DNA from: an uncultured delta proteobacterium
GTDB taxonomy: Bacteria; Myxococcota_A; UBA9160; SZUA-336
Reading direction: 5' to 3'
Assembly (NCBI GenBank): GCA_963704165.1
Contig: CAVPHD010000003.1
Coordinates: 1-64,000, forward strand
DNA length: 64,000 nt
Shown here in pieces: positions 42,171 through 53,964 of the stretch. Below the pieces are notes generated by a model. That model saw only the letters and a program-made list of their open reading frames with translations, made no database searches and was not told where the DNA came from. The translations under genes and the position numbers were made by a program. Positions within the stretch are counted from its first letter, which is position 1. Every line of letters begins with the position of its first letter.

Positions 42171-43612
42171 TGGGCAAGATCACCGGGTTCATGGAAGTGG
42201 GCCGCAAGATGCCCGAAAAGCGCCCTGCGACGGAGCGTGTCGACGACTACCTCGAGATCTACACGGAGCCGACGGAGGAGCAGATCCGTGCACAGGGCTC
42301 ACGCTGCATGGACTGCGGCGTCCCCTTCTGCAACAACGGCTGCCCGCTCGGCAACATCATTCCCGACTGGAACGATCTCGTGTACCGAGGCCGCTGGCGC
42401 GAGGCTCTCGCGCGGCTCCACCGCACGAACAACTTCCCCGAATTCACCGGTCGAATCTGCCCGGCCCCTTGCGAATCCGCGTGCGTACTCGGCATCAACG
42501 ACGATCCCGTCACGATCGAACTGATCGAGAAATCGATCGCGGAGCGCGGATTCACCGAGGGCTGGATCGTGCCCGAACCTCCGGCACACCGTACGGGCAG
42601 ACGAGTCGCCGTGATCGGTTCCGGACCCGCGGGCCTCGCCGCCGCGCAGCAGCTGAATCGTGCGGGACATCACGTGACGCTCTTCGAGAAGAACGACCGC
42701 GTCGGCGGGTTGCTGCGCTACGGCATCCCCGATTTCAAGCTCGAGAAGTGGACGATCGACCGCCGCGTCGACGTCATGGTCGCCGAGGGTGTCGAGGTGC
42801 GCACGGGGGTTCATGTGGGCCGCGACGTCACGGGGCCGGAGCTCTTGAGGGACTACGATGCGGTCTTGCTCTCGGGTGGCGCGGAGGCACCGCGTGATCT
42901 GCCGGTGCCCGGTCGAGATCTCGACGGCGTGCATTTCGCCATGGAGTTCCTGGAGCAGCAGAATCGCCGCGTGGCCGGGGACTCCGTCTCCGCCGACGTT
43001 GCGATTCTCGCGACGGATAAGAACGTGCTCGTGCTCGGCGGAGGCGACACCGGCTCCGACTGCGTGGGCACGAGCCACCGCCAGGGAGCGAAGCACGTCT
43101 ACAACTTCGAACTGCTCGAGCGTCCGCCCGAGGTTCGCCCGGACGAGGCGCCGTGGCCGATCCACCCGATGCCCTCGCAGATCCTGCGCACGTCGACCTC
43201 CCACGAGGAAGGCGGCTCGCGCGACTGGGGTGTTTCGACGACCCGATTCACCGGCTCGAACGGCCGGGTCGAGAAGCTCCACGCGGTCCGGGTCCGCTTT
43301 GGTCCGCCCGATCCCTCGACGGGACGACGCGAGATGCTCGCGGTGCCCGGCAGTGAGTTCACGCTCGACGTGGATCTCGTCTTGCTGGCACTCGGATTCG
43401 TCGGCCCGACCTCCGATGGGATCGTGAAACAGCTCGGTGTCGAACTGACGGAACGCGGCAACATCGCGACGAACGGCTTCGCTTCGAGCGTTCCCAAGGT
43501 GTACGCAGCCGGCGACATGCGTCGGGGTCAGTCGCTCGTCGTGTGGGCGATCGCGGAAGGAAGACGGGCTGCGGAACAGATCGACCGCGACCTCCGCACG
43601 ACCTCACGCTAG
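42170..43612 (+). CDS. gltD: glutamate synthase small subunit
   Basis: [47 protein letters not shown]. Confidence 0.97.
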
Positions 43613-44302
43613 CGGGTCGCGGGCGCCCCCTCCGACAAATTCGACCGCAGCTTTCCGGGCAGGTTCGTGAAGACGCCGTCCACGCCGAAACCCGACAACC
43701 GGCGTTGCGCGCCCGGATCGTCGACGGTGTAGACGTTCACTCGATATCCGGCGTCGTGCGCCTCGCGCACACGCTCCTCGGTCGCGAGCAACAGGTGCAG
43801 ATGCACGGCTTCGCTGCCGACGCGCTCTGCGCGCGCGAGGATGTCGGCGGGGTGATACACGGAGACGAGCGTGCCGAGCCGGGCCCGCTTCTCGAGGTCG
43901 CGCAGGCGACTCCAACACCGAATCGGAGAAGCTCGAGAAGAGCGTCCGCTCGAGAATTCCGCGGCTTCTCACCTCGTCGAGTGCGATCCGCTCGAGCCCC
44001 ACGTAGTCGCCCGAGCGCGGGCTCTTGATCTCCAGATTCCATGGAATCCGGGTGCCGAACCGATCGAGCGTCTCCTGCAGCGTCGGTGCCCTGGGCAAGC
44101 GCTCACGGAGCTCGGCCAGCGTCAGCTCGCCTACGGGGACACCGCCGATCTCGTCGTCGTGATAGAGCGCGACCGCACCGTCGCGCAGGAGGTGCAGATC
44201 GGTCTCGATCATGTCGGCGCCCTGATCGATGGCGAGGGCGAACGCTTCGAGCGTGTTCTCGAGCTGGTCCACCGAGGCGCCGCGATGCGCGATGTTCAGC
44301 AT
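43609..44302 (-). CDS. glycerophosphodiester phosphodiesterase (frameshift near 43909)
   Basis: [33 protein letters not shown]. Confidence 0.9.
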
Positions 44303-45807
44303 CAGCTCGACCCGCCGATCGGCCTTCCGAGGGTTCGCTCGACGGCGCGCAGCCAGCCACCGTAGAGCGCCTCACGGCGCTCCGCCGAGATCTCGGGCTC
44401 GAAGTAACGGTCCTCCTGCCAGTTCTTCGCGATCTGTTTCTTGCTCTCGAAGAAGCCGCTCGCGAGACCGGCGAGATAGGCCGCGCCGAGCGCAGTCGTC
44501 TCGAGCACCTTCGGCCTGCGTACGGCCACGCCCATGACGTCCGATTGGAACTGCATCAGGAAGTCGTTCGCCGTCGCGCCTCCATCGACTTGCAGCTGGA
44601 AGGCCTTCGTTCCGAGGTCGCGCTCGAAGCAGCGAAGCAGGTCGGTGCTCTGATAGGCGATCGCCTCGAGCGTGGCGCGAACGATGTGCGCGCGGTTGGT
44701 CCCGCGCGTCAGCCCGACGATGGTGCCGCGCGCGTCGGGATCCCAGTACGGTGCGCCCAGGCCGGTGAACGCGGGAACCAGATACACACCGCCCGTGTCG
44801 GGCACGGACCTTGCGATCGCCTCGCTCTCGGCGGCGCTGTGGAGCAATCCCAGCTCGTCCCGGAGCCACTGCACCGCCGCGCCCGCGACGAAGACCGACC
44901 CTTCGAGCGCGTACTCGATCTTGCCGCCGATTCCCCAGGCGATCGTCGACAGCAGGCCCGACTGCGAAGTTCTCGGTTTCGCGCCCGTGTTCATCAGCAT
45001 GAAGCAGCCCGTTCCGTAGGTGTTCTTCGCGCTGCCCTCTTCGAAGCAGGCCTGGCCGAAGAGCGCGGCCTGCTGGTCACCCGCGACTCCCCGGATCGGC
45101 ACCGAAACACCGCCGAAGATCTCCGCCGCCGTTTCGCCGAACGAGCCGCTCGAGTCCCGGACCTCCGGCAGGATTTCGGACGGAATCTCGAGCAGCTCGA
45201 GAAGCTCCGGATCCCAGCGCAGCTTCGCGATGTCGTAGAGCATCGTGCGCGAGGCATTGCTGTAATCCGTCGCGTGCACGCGCCCCGCGGTGAGCTTCCA
45301 GATCAACCAGGAGTCGATCGTTCCGAATGCGAGCTCACCGCGACGCGCACGCGCGCGCGCGCCCTCGACCGCTTCGAGGATGAACGCGAGCTTGGTGGCG
45401 GAGAAATACGCGTCGATCACCAACCCGGTCTTCGCTCGCACCATCGGCTCGAGTCCACGGCGCTTCATCTCGTCGCAGAGCGGGACGGTCTGACGCGACT
45501 GCCAGACGATCGCGGGATGAATCGGCCGACCGGTCTCTCGATCCCAGACGACCGTCGTCTCGCGCTGGTTCGTGATGCCGATCGCAGTGAGATCCTCGGG
45601 CCGGACCTCCGCGCGGGTGAGTGCGCCGCGAGCGGCCCGGAGCTGCGAATCCCAGATGTCGTTCGCGTCGTGCTCGACCCAACCCGGTTCGCGGAAGTGC
45701 TGCTTGAACTCGTGAGCCTGGCTGGCGACGACGTTGCCCGAAGCGTCGAACACGATCGCGCGCGAGCTCGTCGTGCCCTGATCGAGCGCGAGGACATAAA
45801 TCGACAT
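44302..45807 (-). CDS. glpK: glycerol kinase
   Basis: [39 protein letters not shown]. Confidence 0.97.
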   Translation of the reverse strand: MSIYVLALDQGTTSSRAIVFDASGNVVASQAHEFKQHFREPGWVEHDANDIWDSQLRAARGALTRAEVRPEDLTAIGITNQRETTVVWDRETGRPIHPAIVWQSRQTVPLCDEMKRRGLEPMVRAKTGLVIDAYFSATKLAFILEAVEGARARARRGELAFGTIDSWLIWKLTAGRVHATDYSNASRTMLYDIAKLRWDPELLELLEIPSEILPEVRDSSGSFGETAAEIFGGVSVPIRGVAGDQQAALFGQACFEEGSAKNTYGTGCFMLMNTGAKPRTSQSGLLSTIAWGIGGKIEYALEGSVFVAGAAVQWLRDELGLLHSAAESEAIARSVPDTGGVYLVPAFTGLGAPYWDPDARGTIVGLTRGTNRAHIVRATLEAIAYQSTDLLRCFERDLGTKAFQLQVDGGATANDFLMQFQSDVMGVAVRRPKVLETTALGAAYLAGLASGFFESKKQIAKNWQEDRYFEPEISAERREALYGGWLRAVERTLGRPIGGSS

Positions 45808-45842
45808 CCCGCACAGGTAGCGCGCTCCGGTATGATCGCGCC

Positions 45843-47331
45843 ATGGTGCGCGACTACGACGTCTTGATCCGCGGCGCGAAGCTCTACGATGGAACGGGAA
45901 GTGCGCCGCGAGTCGAAGACGTCGCTCTGCGCGGCGACGCGATTGCGCAGCGTCGGAGAGCTCGCACAGGCGCGCGCACCGGTCTCGATCGATGCCCGGG
46001 GACTCGCGCTCGCGCCCGGATTCATCGACGTGCATACGCACGACGATTTCGCGCTCATCGTCCGGCCGGAGATGGACTTCAAGATCCTCGGCGGTGTCAC
46101 GAGCGTGGTCGTCGGGAACTGCGGATTCGGTGCAGCCCCCTACCCCATGGCCGCGTTCATGGCGCGCGCCTTTCACCCCGACGCGGTGCTTCCCGAATGG
46201 GACGGTTACGCGGGCTACCTCGCGCTCCTCGATCGCGAGCCCGCGAGCACGAACTCGGCCGTGCTCGTCGGCCACGGCACCGTGCGCGCGAGCGTGATGC
46301 GAAACGAGAACCGCGCGCCGAGCGCCGCAGAGCTCGAGCTCATGAAGGGCATCGTGCGCGAGGGCCGGGACGCGGGCGCGGTCGGCTTCTCGTCCGGCCT
46401 CGTCTACGAGCCCGGCAAGTTCGCGACGATCGACGAGCTCTCGGCTCTGGCCGCCGAGATGTCGGGCACGGGAGCGGTGTACGCGACGCACATGCGCAAC
46501 GAAGGCGCGAAGCTGCTCGACTCCGTTCGCGAGGCGATCGAGATCGGCCGGAGGGCGGGTGTGCCCGTGCAGATCTCGCACCACAAGGCCGCAGGCGAGG
46601 ACGCCTGGGGCCTCGTACGCGAGTCGCTTCTCCTGATCGAGCGCGCGCAGGCCGAGGGACTCGACGTTCACGCGGATCAGTACCCCTACACCGCCGGGAG
46701 TACGAGTCTCGCGGCGATCGTCCAGAACGGCGCCTTCGAATCGGGACCGAACGCGCTCGGATCGATCGCACCCGAAAACGTCGTGATCGCGTCCGCGTCG
46801 AAGCGCCGTGACTTCGAGGGCCGCACGATCGCCGATCTCGCGCTCGAACTCGGGCTTTCCGCGCGCGACGCAGCGATCCGCGCACTCGAGCTCTCGCCCG
46901 GCGTCACCGCCGTCATGCACACCATGAACGAAGACGACGTGCGCACGGTCATGCGCCACCCGAGCACGATGATCGGCTCCGACGGCATTCCGTCACTCCC
47001 CGGCAAGCCGCATCCACGTCTGTGGGGCACGTTCGCGCGCGTGCTCGGTCGATACGCGCGCGACCTCGGTTTGTTCCCGCTCGAAGAGGGCATCCATCGG
47101 ATGACCGGACTCCCAGCGCGGAAGTTCGGCCTGCACGATCGCGGCGTGATCCGTGAGAACTCCGCCGCGGATCTCGTCCTCTTCGACGAGGCGACGATTC
47201 TCGACGTGGGCACGTACGAGGATCCCAACCACCCGCCCCGCGGAATCCACCACGTCTTCGTGAACGGTACACGCGTCGTGCGGGACGGTGCGCACACCGG
47301 CGAGCGACCCGGCCGGCCACTGCGACGTTGA
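45843..47331 (+). CDS. N-acyl-D-amino-acid deacylase (frameshift near 45948)
   Basis: [40 protein letters not shown]. Confidence 0.92.
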
Positions 47332-47337
47332 TCCGGT

Positions 47338-48444
47338 TCAGTTGGAAGCGAAGAGCGCCTCGAGGAACTCCCCCGCATCGAAGTCGGCGAGATCTTCGAT
47401 CGACTCACCGAGCCCGACGTAGCGAACCGGAAGCCCGACCTCCTGTGCGATTCCGAGCACGACACCGCCCCGCGCGGTACCGTCGAGCTTGGACAGGACG
47501 ATACCCGAGACCGCCACGGCCTTCTTGAACTCCTGTGCCTGACGGATCGCGTTCTGACCGGTATTGGCATCGAGCACGAGCAGCACCTCGTGCGGAGCAC
47601 TCGGAATCTCTTTGCGCATCACGCGCTGGATCTTCGCGAGCTCGTCCATCAATCCCTGATCTGTCTGAAGGCGTCCTGCGGTATCGACGATCACCAGGTC
47701 GAAGTCACGCGCGCGCGCGGCCCGGAGCGCGTCGAACGCGACGGACGCGGGATCGCCACCCGGTGCGCCTTTCACGATCTCGACGCCCGCCCGCTCCGCC
47801 CAGACCGAGAGCTGCTCGATCGCGGCGGCGCGATACGTGTCACCGGCCGCGACGATCACGCGCTTGCCCGCGAGCGCGTAGCGCGCGGCAAGCTTGCCAA
47901 TCGAGGTCGTCTTGCCCGACCCGTTCACCCCGACGACGAGGATCACGTGCGGCTTCTCGGACGGCACGATCTCGGCGCGCGGAAGCGCCGCGAGCCATGC
48001 CCGCGCCTTCGAGGCGAGCAGCGGCCTCACCTCTTCGGGCGTGCGAAGTCCGCGGACCGCCTCGAGAAGCTCCTCGGCGGTGCGAACTCCGAGATCCGCG
48101 CCGTAGAGGATCGCTTCGACCTCTTGAAGCGTCTGCTCGTCCAGACTCGCGCGCCCGCGCAGGAGGCTCTCGAGGCGATCGGTGATCGCACCGCGCGTGC
48201 GCCGCAGTCCCGCGCGCCAATCCGTCGTCGGTGCGACGACCGGTGCATGCACCGGTCCAGAGACCGGTACCGCCCCTTCGGGCGGCACGAGCGCAGCGGG
48301 CGGCTCGCGTTTCGGCTGTGCGGCCGCGCCCGGGCCACGAGATCTGCGCGCGCGCGCAAAGGCGACGACGAGCACGAGCGCAGCCAGGAACGCAGCCGCC
48401 GCGCCTCCACCGATCCACAGGATCTCGGGTGTCAGTTCCGGCAC
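47338..48444 (-). CDS. ftsY: SRP receptor FtsY with N-terminal hydrophobic anchor
   Basis: [31 protein letters not shown]. Confidence 0.97.
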   Translation of the reverse strand: MPELTPEILWIGGGAAAAFLAALVLVVAFARARRSRGPGAAAQPKREPPAALVPPEGAVPVSGPVHAPVVAPTTDWRAGLRRTRGAITDRLESLLRGRASLDEQTLQEVEAILYGADLGVRTAEELLEAVRGLRTPEEVRPLLASKARAWLAALPRAEIVPSEKPHVILVVGVNGSGKTTSIGKLAARYALAGKRVIVAAGDTYRAAAIEQLSVWAERAGVEIVKGAPGGDPASVAFDALRAARARDFDLVIVDTAGRLQTDQGLMDELAKIQRVMRKEIPSAPHEVLLVLDANTGQNAIRQAQEFKKAVAVSGIVLSKLDGTARGGVVLGIAQEVGLPVRYVGLGESIEDLADFDAGEFLEALFASN

Positions 48445-48454
48445 GGACGGCAGT

Positions 48455-51400
48455 CTATGCCACGAGGTCCACGGTGACGAGCTTGGAGAGGCCCGGCTCC
48501 TGCATCGTCACCCCGAAGAGCGCATCCGCGATCTCGATCGACTGCTTGTTGTGAGTGATCATCAGGAACTGCGATGTCTTCGACATCTCGCGCAGCAGCG
48601 TGTTGAAGCGATTCGCGTTCGCGTCGTCGAGCGCCGCATCGACCTCGTCGAGCAGGAAGAACGGCGACGGCTTCACGGTGAAGACCGCGACGAGCAACGA
48701 CATCGCGGTCAGGGACTTCTCGCCGCCCGAGAGCAGGTTCACGTTCTGCAGCTTCTTTCCCGGCGGCTGGGCGCTGATCTCGATGCCCGCCTCGAGCACG
48801 TCGTCGGACTCGGTCAGCGAGAGATGTGCGCGGCCTCCCTCGAACATCTTCGGGAAGACGGTCTGGAACACCGTGTCGATCGCCTCGAACGTCTCGCGGA
48901 AGCGCTCACGGCTGGTGCGATTGATGCGGGCGATCGCGCCTCGAAGCCGCTCGATCGAGAGCTCGAGATCGGCCTTCTGTTCGCTGAGGTAGCGATTGCG
49001 CTCCGCGACCTCTTCGTACTCCTCGATCGCGCCGAGGTGCACCTCACCGAGCGAGCGCAGCGCCTGCCGCACGCGTTCGAGCTCGGCCTCCCGCTCTTCC
49101 GGCGTGCCCTCCACGGTTCCGGGCGCCGGCTCCCAGCCGGCGATCTCGAGCTCGTAGCGCTCGCGGATCGTCGCGGACAGCTGCTCGCAGCGCATGCGCG
49201 CATCGTGCACCGCCAGATCGCACGCTGCGATCCGCTCGCGCAGCGCCTCTCGGTCCCGAGTCACGGCGCGCACCTCGGTTTCGAATCCCTCGACGGCCTG
49301 GCCACTCTCCTCGTGCTTGCGGCGAAGCGCGTCCTGGCGCTGACGCAGCTCCTCTTCGCGGCGGATCTCGTCGTCGAGCTGGGTCCCGGCCTGCGTCACC
49401 GAGCGCGCGAGCTCGGCGGCTCGCTCGCGCGAGCTCCGCAACTCGTCACCACGGCGGGACAGCCACGATCGTGCATCCTCGACCGCGGTCTGCAGGCGAT
49501 CACGCGTCTTCGTCTCCTGGTCACGGCGAGAGTGCAGCTCCGCGAGATCGATCCGCGCCTGCACGACTCGCTGTTCGACACGTTCGAGGTCGCGCGCGAG
49601 CTGCTGCAGCTGGACGGAGAGCTCGGCGCGGCCGGATTCGGCCCGGGCACGCTCGAGGGCGAGATCGCCCCTGCGCGCGAGCGCGCGCTCGCGGTCCTCG
49701 ACGACCTGCTCGAGCTGAGCGAGCAGCGCGTGCTTGCCGGAGCGGTGCTCTTCGAGCGACTCCTGCGCGTGCTTGCCGCGCTCGCGCATCCGTTCGAGAT
49801 CCTTCTCCACGTTGACGACCGCGAGCTCCGCGGTGTGACGTCGATTGCGCGTGTTCTCGATCTCGCGCTCGAAGCCCGTCACGCGCGTCGTCGCCGCGGC
49901 CAGGTCCGATGCGAGCGAGGCACAAATCGGCTCGAGCTCGGAGAGCTCGCTCGCGAATCGGCGGATCTCTCCCGCTCGCGACAGCGCACCCGGAGGTGCG
50001 CCCAGCCCGCCCGTCAGCGCACCGCCTCGATCGAGCACTTCTCCGGCACGGGTGACGAAGAGCGCGGGCGGATTCGAAGCCCCGAAGCGCTCGATCGGAA
50101 GCGCCAGATCGTCGACGAGGTAGACATCGCGCAGCAGCCGTGCGACGACCGCCGCGATCGCGGGTTCCGCGGTCACGAAGTCGGAGAGCGGCCGCCCCAT
50201 CGGCACGAATCCGGTACCGGACCCCTCGGGCCCCGCACGCAGCGGGAGTACGGTCGCGCGCCCGACGCCCTGCTCGCGCAGGTGGCGCAATAGCGCGAGC
50301 GCCGAGTCGCTGCTCTCCACGAGCAGTCCGTCGAGCCGATTCGCGAGCACCGCCTCGACCGCCATCTCGAGGCCGTCCTCGGCGCGAATCGCCGTCGTGA
50401 GCAATCCGCGCACCCGGCTGCGCTCGCCCTCGGGCAGCGTCTCGAGCAGCGCGGCGGCGGCCTGGGTCGCGCGCTTCTCGATCGCTCGCACGGATTCGAG
50501 CTGCGCGTGGGCGTGCTGCAGTCGCTCGCGTGCGCGCTCGAGCTCTTGCACGAGTTCCCGCTGTCGTTCGCGCTCGCGCTCGTGGCCGCGCAGCTGCTCC
50601 GCGAGCTGCCGGCCGAATTCGTCTTGTTCGGCCAGGCTCAGGCGCAGCCGACCCTCGAGGCCGAGCTCGTCGCTGCGCAAGCTCTCGACCTCGACGGAAC
50701 TCTCCTCGAGCCCCTCCTCGGTCTCGCGAATTCTCAGCTCGAGCTCGTCGCGGCGCTCTTCGAGGCGTTCCGCCTGCGCCTGCATCGACGCCTCGTCACC
50801 CGAGAGCTCGACCAGACGCGCGTGCAGAGCCTCTCGACGACCCTGAGCGCTCGCGAGTCGCTCCGCGTGCTCGCGCAGCTCGAGATCGCGGCGCGCGAGC
50901 TCCTGCTCGTCCGCGACCAGCCGGGCCTCGATCTCGGCCAGGCGCGCGAGCGCATCGTGCAGGGCCGAAGCATCGCTGGCGAGCGTGACCTCGCGCTCCT
51001 GCAGCTCCTGCTCGCGCTCGTCGGCCAGCGAGACCAGTCCCTCGCGTTCCCGCTTCTCGTACTCGATCCGGCTCTCGAGCGCCTGGATCGAGCTTCGGAC
51101 CTGGTAGAGCGCCTCGCTCTCGCGGCCCAGCTCGCGTTCGTGGTCGAGGTGCGCTCGGCGAGTCGTCTCGAGATCCGCATCTGCTCGACCCGCGCGCGCG
51201 TCGAGGCCCGCGCCGTCGGCGCGAAGCTGCTCGAGCGAGCTGCTCAGCTCACCGAGCGCGGCAGAGTCGCGGCGCCAGGTTTCGCGTGCGACCACGAGCT
51301 CGAGCACGCGCTGCTCCGCGCGCAGCTTCTTGTACCGGCTCGCCTTGGCGGCCTGCCGGTCGAGAGATGAAATCTGGCGGCGCAGCTCGACGAGGATGTC

Positions 51401-52000
51401 GTTCACGCGCAGCAGGTTCTGCTCGGTCGCGCGAAGTTTGGACTCGGTCTCCTTGCGTCGCTGACGATACTTCCCGATCCCGGCGGCCTGCTCGAAGATC
51501 ACCCGCCGCTCCTCGGGCTTGCTCGAGACCAGATCGGCGATCTGCCCCTGCTCCACGATCGTGTACCCGCGCGTGCCGACGCCCGTGTCGAGGAAGAAGT
51601 CCAGCACGTCGCGCAACCGCACCGGAACCTTGTTGATCACGTACTCGCTCTCTCCGGAGCGGTAGAGCCGCCGCGCGACCTGGATTTCGGAGTAGGCGCC
51701 GTAGGGCGGCGCCGCGAGCCCGTCGGAATTGTCGAGCGTCAGCACCACCTCGCACATGCCGACGGCGGGCTTCTTCTCGGTTCCGGCGAAGATCAGGTCC
51801 TGCATGTCGCGGCCACGCAGGTGGCGCGGGTTGTGCTCGCCCATGACCCAGCGCAGTGCGTCGATGACGTTGGATTTTCCGCAACCGTTCGGGCCGACGA
51901 TCGCGGAGATGCCACGATCGAATGCGAAGACCGTTCGGTCCCCGAAGGATTTGAAACCCACGAGCTCTAGTGATCGGATCCGCAACCGAGCCCCGCCCAT
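48455..52000 (-). CDS. smc: chromosome segregation protein SMC
   Basis: GFKSF, GPNGCGKSN, coiled coils and hinge, LSGGEK, LDEVDAALD. Confidence 0.97.
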   Translation of the reverse strand: MGGARLRIRSLELVGFKSFGDRTVFAFDRGISAIVGPNGCGKSNVIDALRWVMGEHNPRHLRGRDMQDLIFAGTEKKPAVGMCEVVLTLDNSDGLAAPPYGAYSEIQVARRLYRSGESEYVINKVPVRLRDVLDFFLDTGVGTRGYTIVEQGQIADLVSSKPEERRVIFEQAAGIGKYRQRRKETESKLRATEQNLLRVNDILVELRRQISSLDRQAAKASRYKKLRAEQRVLELVVARETWRRDSAALGELSSSLEQLRADGAGLDARAGRADADLETTRRAHLDHERELGRESEALYQVRSSIQALESRIEYEKREREGLVSLADEREQELQEREVTLASDASALHDALARLAEIEARLVADEQELARRDLELREHAERLASAQGRREALHARLVELSGDEASMQAQAERLEERRDELELRIRETEEGLEESSVEVESLRSDELGLEGRLRLSLAEQDEFGRQLAEQLRGHERERERQRELVQELERARERLQHAHAQLESVRAIEKRATQAAAALLETLPEGERSRVRGLLTTAIRAEDGLEMAVEAVLANRLDGLLVESSDSALALLRHLREQGVGRATVLPLRAGPEGSGTGFVPMGRPLSDFVTAEPAIAAVVARLLRDVYLVDDLALPIERFGASNPPALFVTRAGEVLDRGGALTGGLGAPPGALSRAGEIRRFASELSELEPICASLASDLAAATTRVTGFEREIENTRNRRHTAELAVVNVEKDLERMRERGKHAQESLEEHRSGKHALLAQLEQVVEDRERALARRGDLALERARAESGRAELSVQLQQLARDLERVEQRVVQARIDLAELHSRRDQETKTRDRLQTAVEDARSWLSRRGDELRSSRERAAELARSVTQAGTQLDDEIRREEELRQRQDALRRKHEESGQAVEGFETEVRAVTRDREALRERIAACDLAVHDARMRCEQLSATIRERYELEIAGWEPAPGTVEGTPEEREAELERVRQALRSLGEVHLGAIEEYEEVAERNRYLSEQKADLELSIERLRGAIARINRTSRERFRETFEAIDTVFQTVFPKMFEGGRAHLSLTESDDVLEAGIEISAQPPGKKLQNVNLLSGGEKSLTAMSLLVAVFTVKPSPFFLLDEVDAALDDANANRFNTLLREMSKTSQFLMITHNKQSIEIADALFGVTMQEPGLSKLVTVDLVA

Positions 52001-52088
52001 TCAAAACCGCGCGGCCACGTCTGATCAGGGGAGGATCAGGGGGGTAGACAGGACCTGCGGTGGCATCGGAGGAATGCGAGTTTCGGCG

Positions 52089-52117
52089 AGGGTACCGACG
52101 AGGTCCGGGGCTGTAAA
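52089..52117 (-). promoter_or_regulatory. sigma70-type promoter for smc
   Basis: Minus strand TTTACA-N17-TACCCT. Confidence 0.45.
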
Positions 52118-52131
52118 GGCTCGAATCGCTC

Positions 52132-53964
52132 TCAGGCGGCCGAGCGCTCCTGCACGGCGTACTGAAGCTGGTAGAGACGCCAGTACAGCCCGCGCTCCGC
52201 GAGCAACTCCTCGTGACGGCCCGATTCCCGCAGCTCGCCGTGGTGGAGGACGTAGATCCGATCGACGTCCTGGATCGTCGACAGCCGGTGTGCGACGACG
52301 ATCGAGGTCTTGCCCGCCATCAGCTTGTGAAGCGCGTCCTGGATCAGCGCCTCGGTCTCCGTATCGACGCTCGAGGTGGCCTCGTCGAGGAGCAGGATCT
52401 CGGGCTTCTGCGCGAGCGCCCGGGCGAACGAGAGCAGCTGCCGCTCACCGACCGAGAAGTTCTGGCCCCGTTCGTGAACCGGCTGGGCGAATCCCAGGGG
52501 AAGCCTCTCGACGAACTCCTCGAGGTGGACCGTCCGCGCCGCCGCCGCGATGTCCGCGTCGCTGATCTCCGCCCGGCCCAGGCTCACGTTGTAGGCGAGG
52601 TCACCGGTGAAGAGAAACACGTCCTGCAGGACGAAGGCGATGTGCCTGCGGAGCTCCGACCGGGGAATCTCGCGGATGTCCGTGCCGTCGATCGTGATCC
52701 GGCCGGACTGAGGCTCGTACATCCGGGCCAGCAGCTTCAAGACGGTGGTCTTGCCCGCGCCGGTGTGGCCGACCAGAGCGACCCGCTCGCCCGGTGCGAC
52801 GCGGAACGAGAGGTCTTTCAGAATCGGCTGCGCCTCGTAGGCGAAATTCACGTTCTCGAACACGATCTCGCCCCGGATCTCTCGCGGACCGGTCGCCGAC
52901 CCGGGCTCGTTCCGCTCGGCCTGCAGGTCGAAGAGCTGAAAGACGCGTTCCAGGCTGGCCATCGACGACTGCATCACCGAGTACTTCGCCGACAGGTCCT
53001 GCAGCGGGCGATAGAAGCGGCGCATCCAGTCGACGAAGAGCAGGAGATCACCGGGCCCGACCGCACCGATTCCGAGAAGCTTGGCTCCGTACCAGAGGAT
53101 GAAGGCCGTCGTCAGATTGCCAGCCAGCGAGATCGTCGCGGTCAACAGCGACTCGTACTGGATCGAGTTGAACCAGGCGTCGCGATGCTCGCGATTGATC
53201 GCCATGAACTCGTCGAGGTTGCGATTCTCGCGCGCGAAGAGCTGAACCACGCGCATGCCGGTGATGGTTTCCTGCAGGTGCGAGTTGATCCGCGCGATCT
53301 TCACGCGCACGACACGGAAGGCGTCGCGCACCTTCCAGCGAAACACGATCGCCGCTCCGGCCATCGCCGGCACGACGATCATCGCGACGATCGCGAGCCT
53401 CCAGTTCAGCCAGAAGAGAACGCCCGCGAACGCGGCCATCATGGCGAGATCGGCGATCAGCGCGATCAAGCCGGCGGAGAACATCTCGGACAGGTTCTCG
53501 ACGTCGTTGCCGAGCCGCGTCACGAGCCGGCCGACCGGGTAGCGGTCGAAGAAGCGCAGCGGCAGTCGCTGCACGTGATCGAAGAGGGAGTTGCGCAGCT
53601 GCAGCATCGCGCGCTGGCCCATCACCGCCATCGAGACCGAGCGCGTGAAGTCGACCATCGCTCCGACCGCAGCGACGGCCACGAAGACGAGCGCGAGCCA
53701 CGGGATCTCGCTCATGCCGGCAGGCGGCTCCGCCAGGAAGCGGAGCGACTGCAGGCCCGGGAACTCGTCGATTCCGGCCAGGTGATTCAGCGCCGCGCCG
53801 AAGAGCGACGCCGGAATCATCTCGAGCAGCGCGCGCAGCGGAATCAGCGCGGTTGCCGCGACGACCAATCTCCAATGCGGCCGCAGATACGGCCAGAGTC
53901 GACGGATCAGCTGCGCGTCGACGACCTTGCCGAGCAGCTCCTCTTCGTGCAATCCGGGAGTCAC
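52132..53964 (-). CDS. ABC exporter half-transporter (heterodimer subunit)
   Basis: TMD + GHTGAGKT, FSVGERQ, LLLDEAT. Confidence 0.93.
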   Translation of the reverse strand: MTPGLHEEELLGKVVDAQLIRRLWPYLRPHWRLVVAATALIPLRALLEMIPASLFGAALNHLAGIDEFPGLQSLRFLAEPPAGMSEIPWLALVFVAVAAVGAMVDFTRSVSMAVMGQRAMLQLRNSLFDHVQRLPLRFFDRYPVGRLVTRLGNDVENLSEMFSAGLIALIADLAMMAAFAGVLFWLNWRLAIVAMIVVPAMAGAAIVFRWKVRDAFRVVRVKIARINSHLQETITGMRVVQLFARENRNLDEFMAINREHRDAWFNSIQYESLLTATISLAGNLTTAFILWYGAKLLGIGAVGPGDLLLFVDWMRRFYRPLQDLSAKYSVMQSSMASLERVFQLFDLQAERNEPGSATGPREIRGEIVFENVNFAYEAQPILKDLSFRVAPGERVALVGHTGAGKTTVLKLLARMYEPQSGRITIDGTDIREIPRSELRRHIAFVLQDVFLFTGDLAYNVSLGRAEISDADIAAAARTVHLEEFVERLPLGFAQPVHERGQNFSVGERQLLSFARALAQKPEILLLDEATSSVDTETEALIQDALHKLMAGKTSIVVAHRLSTIQDVDRIYVLHHGELRESGRHEELLAERGLYWRLYQLQYAVQERSAA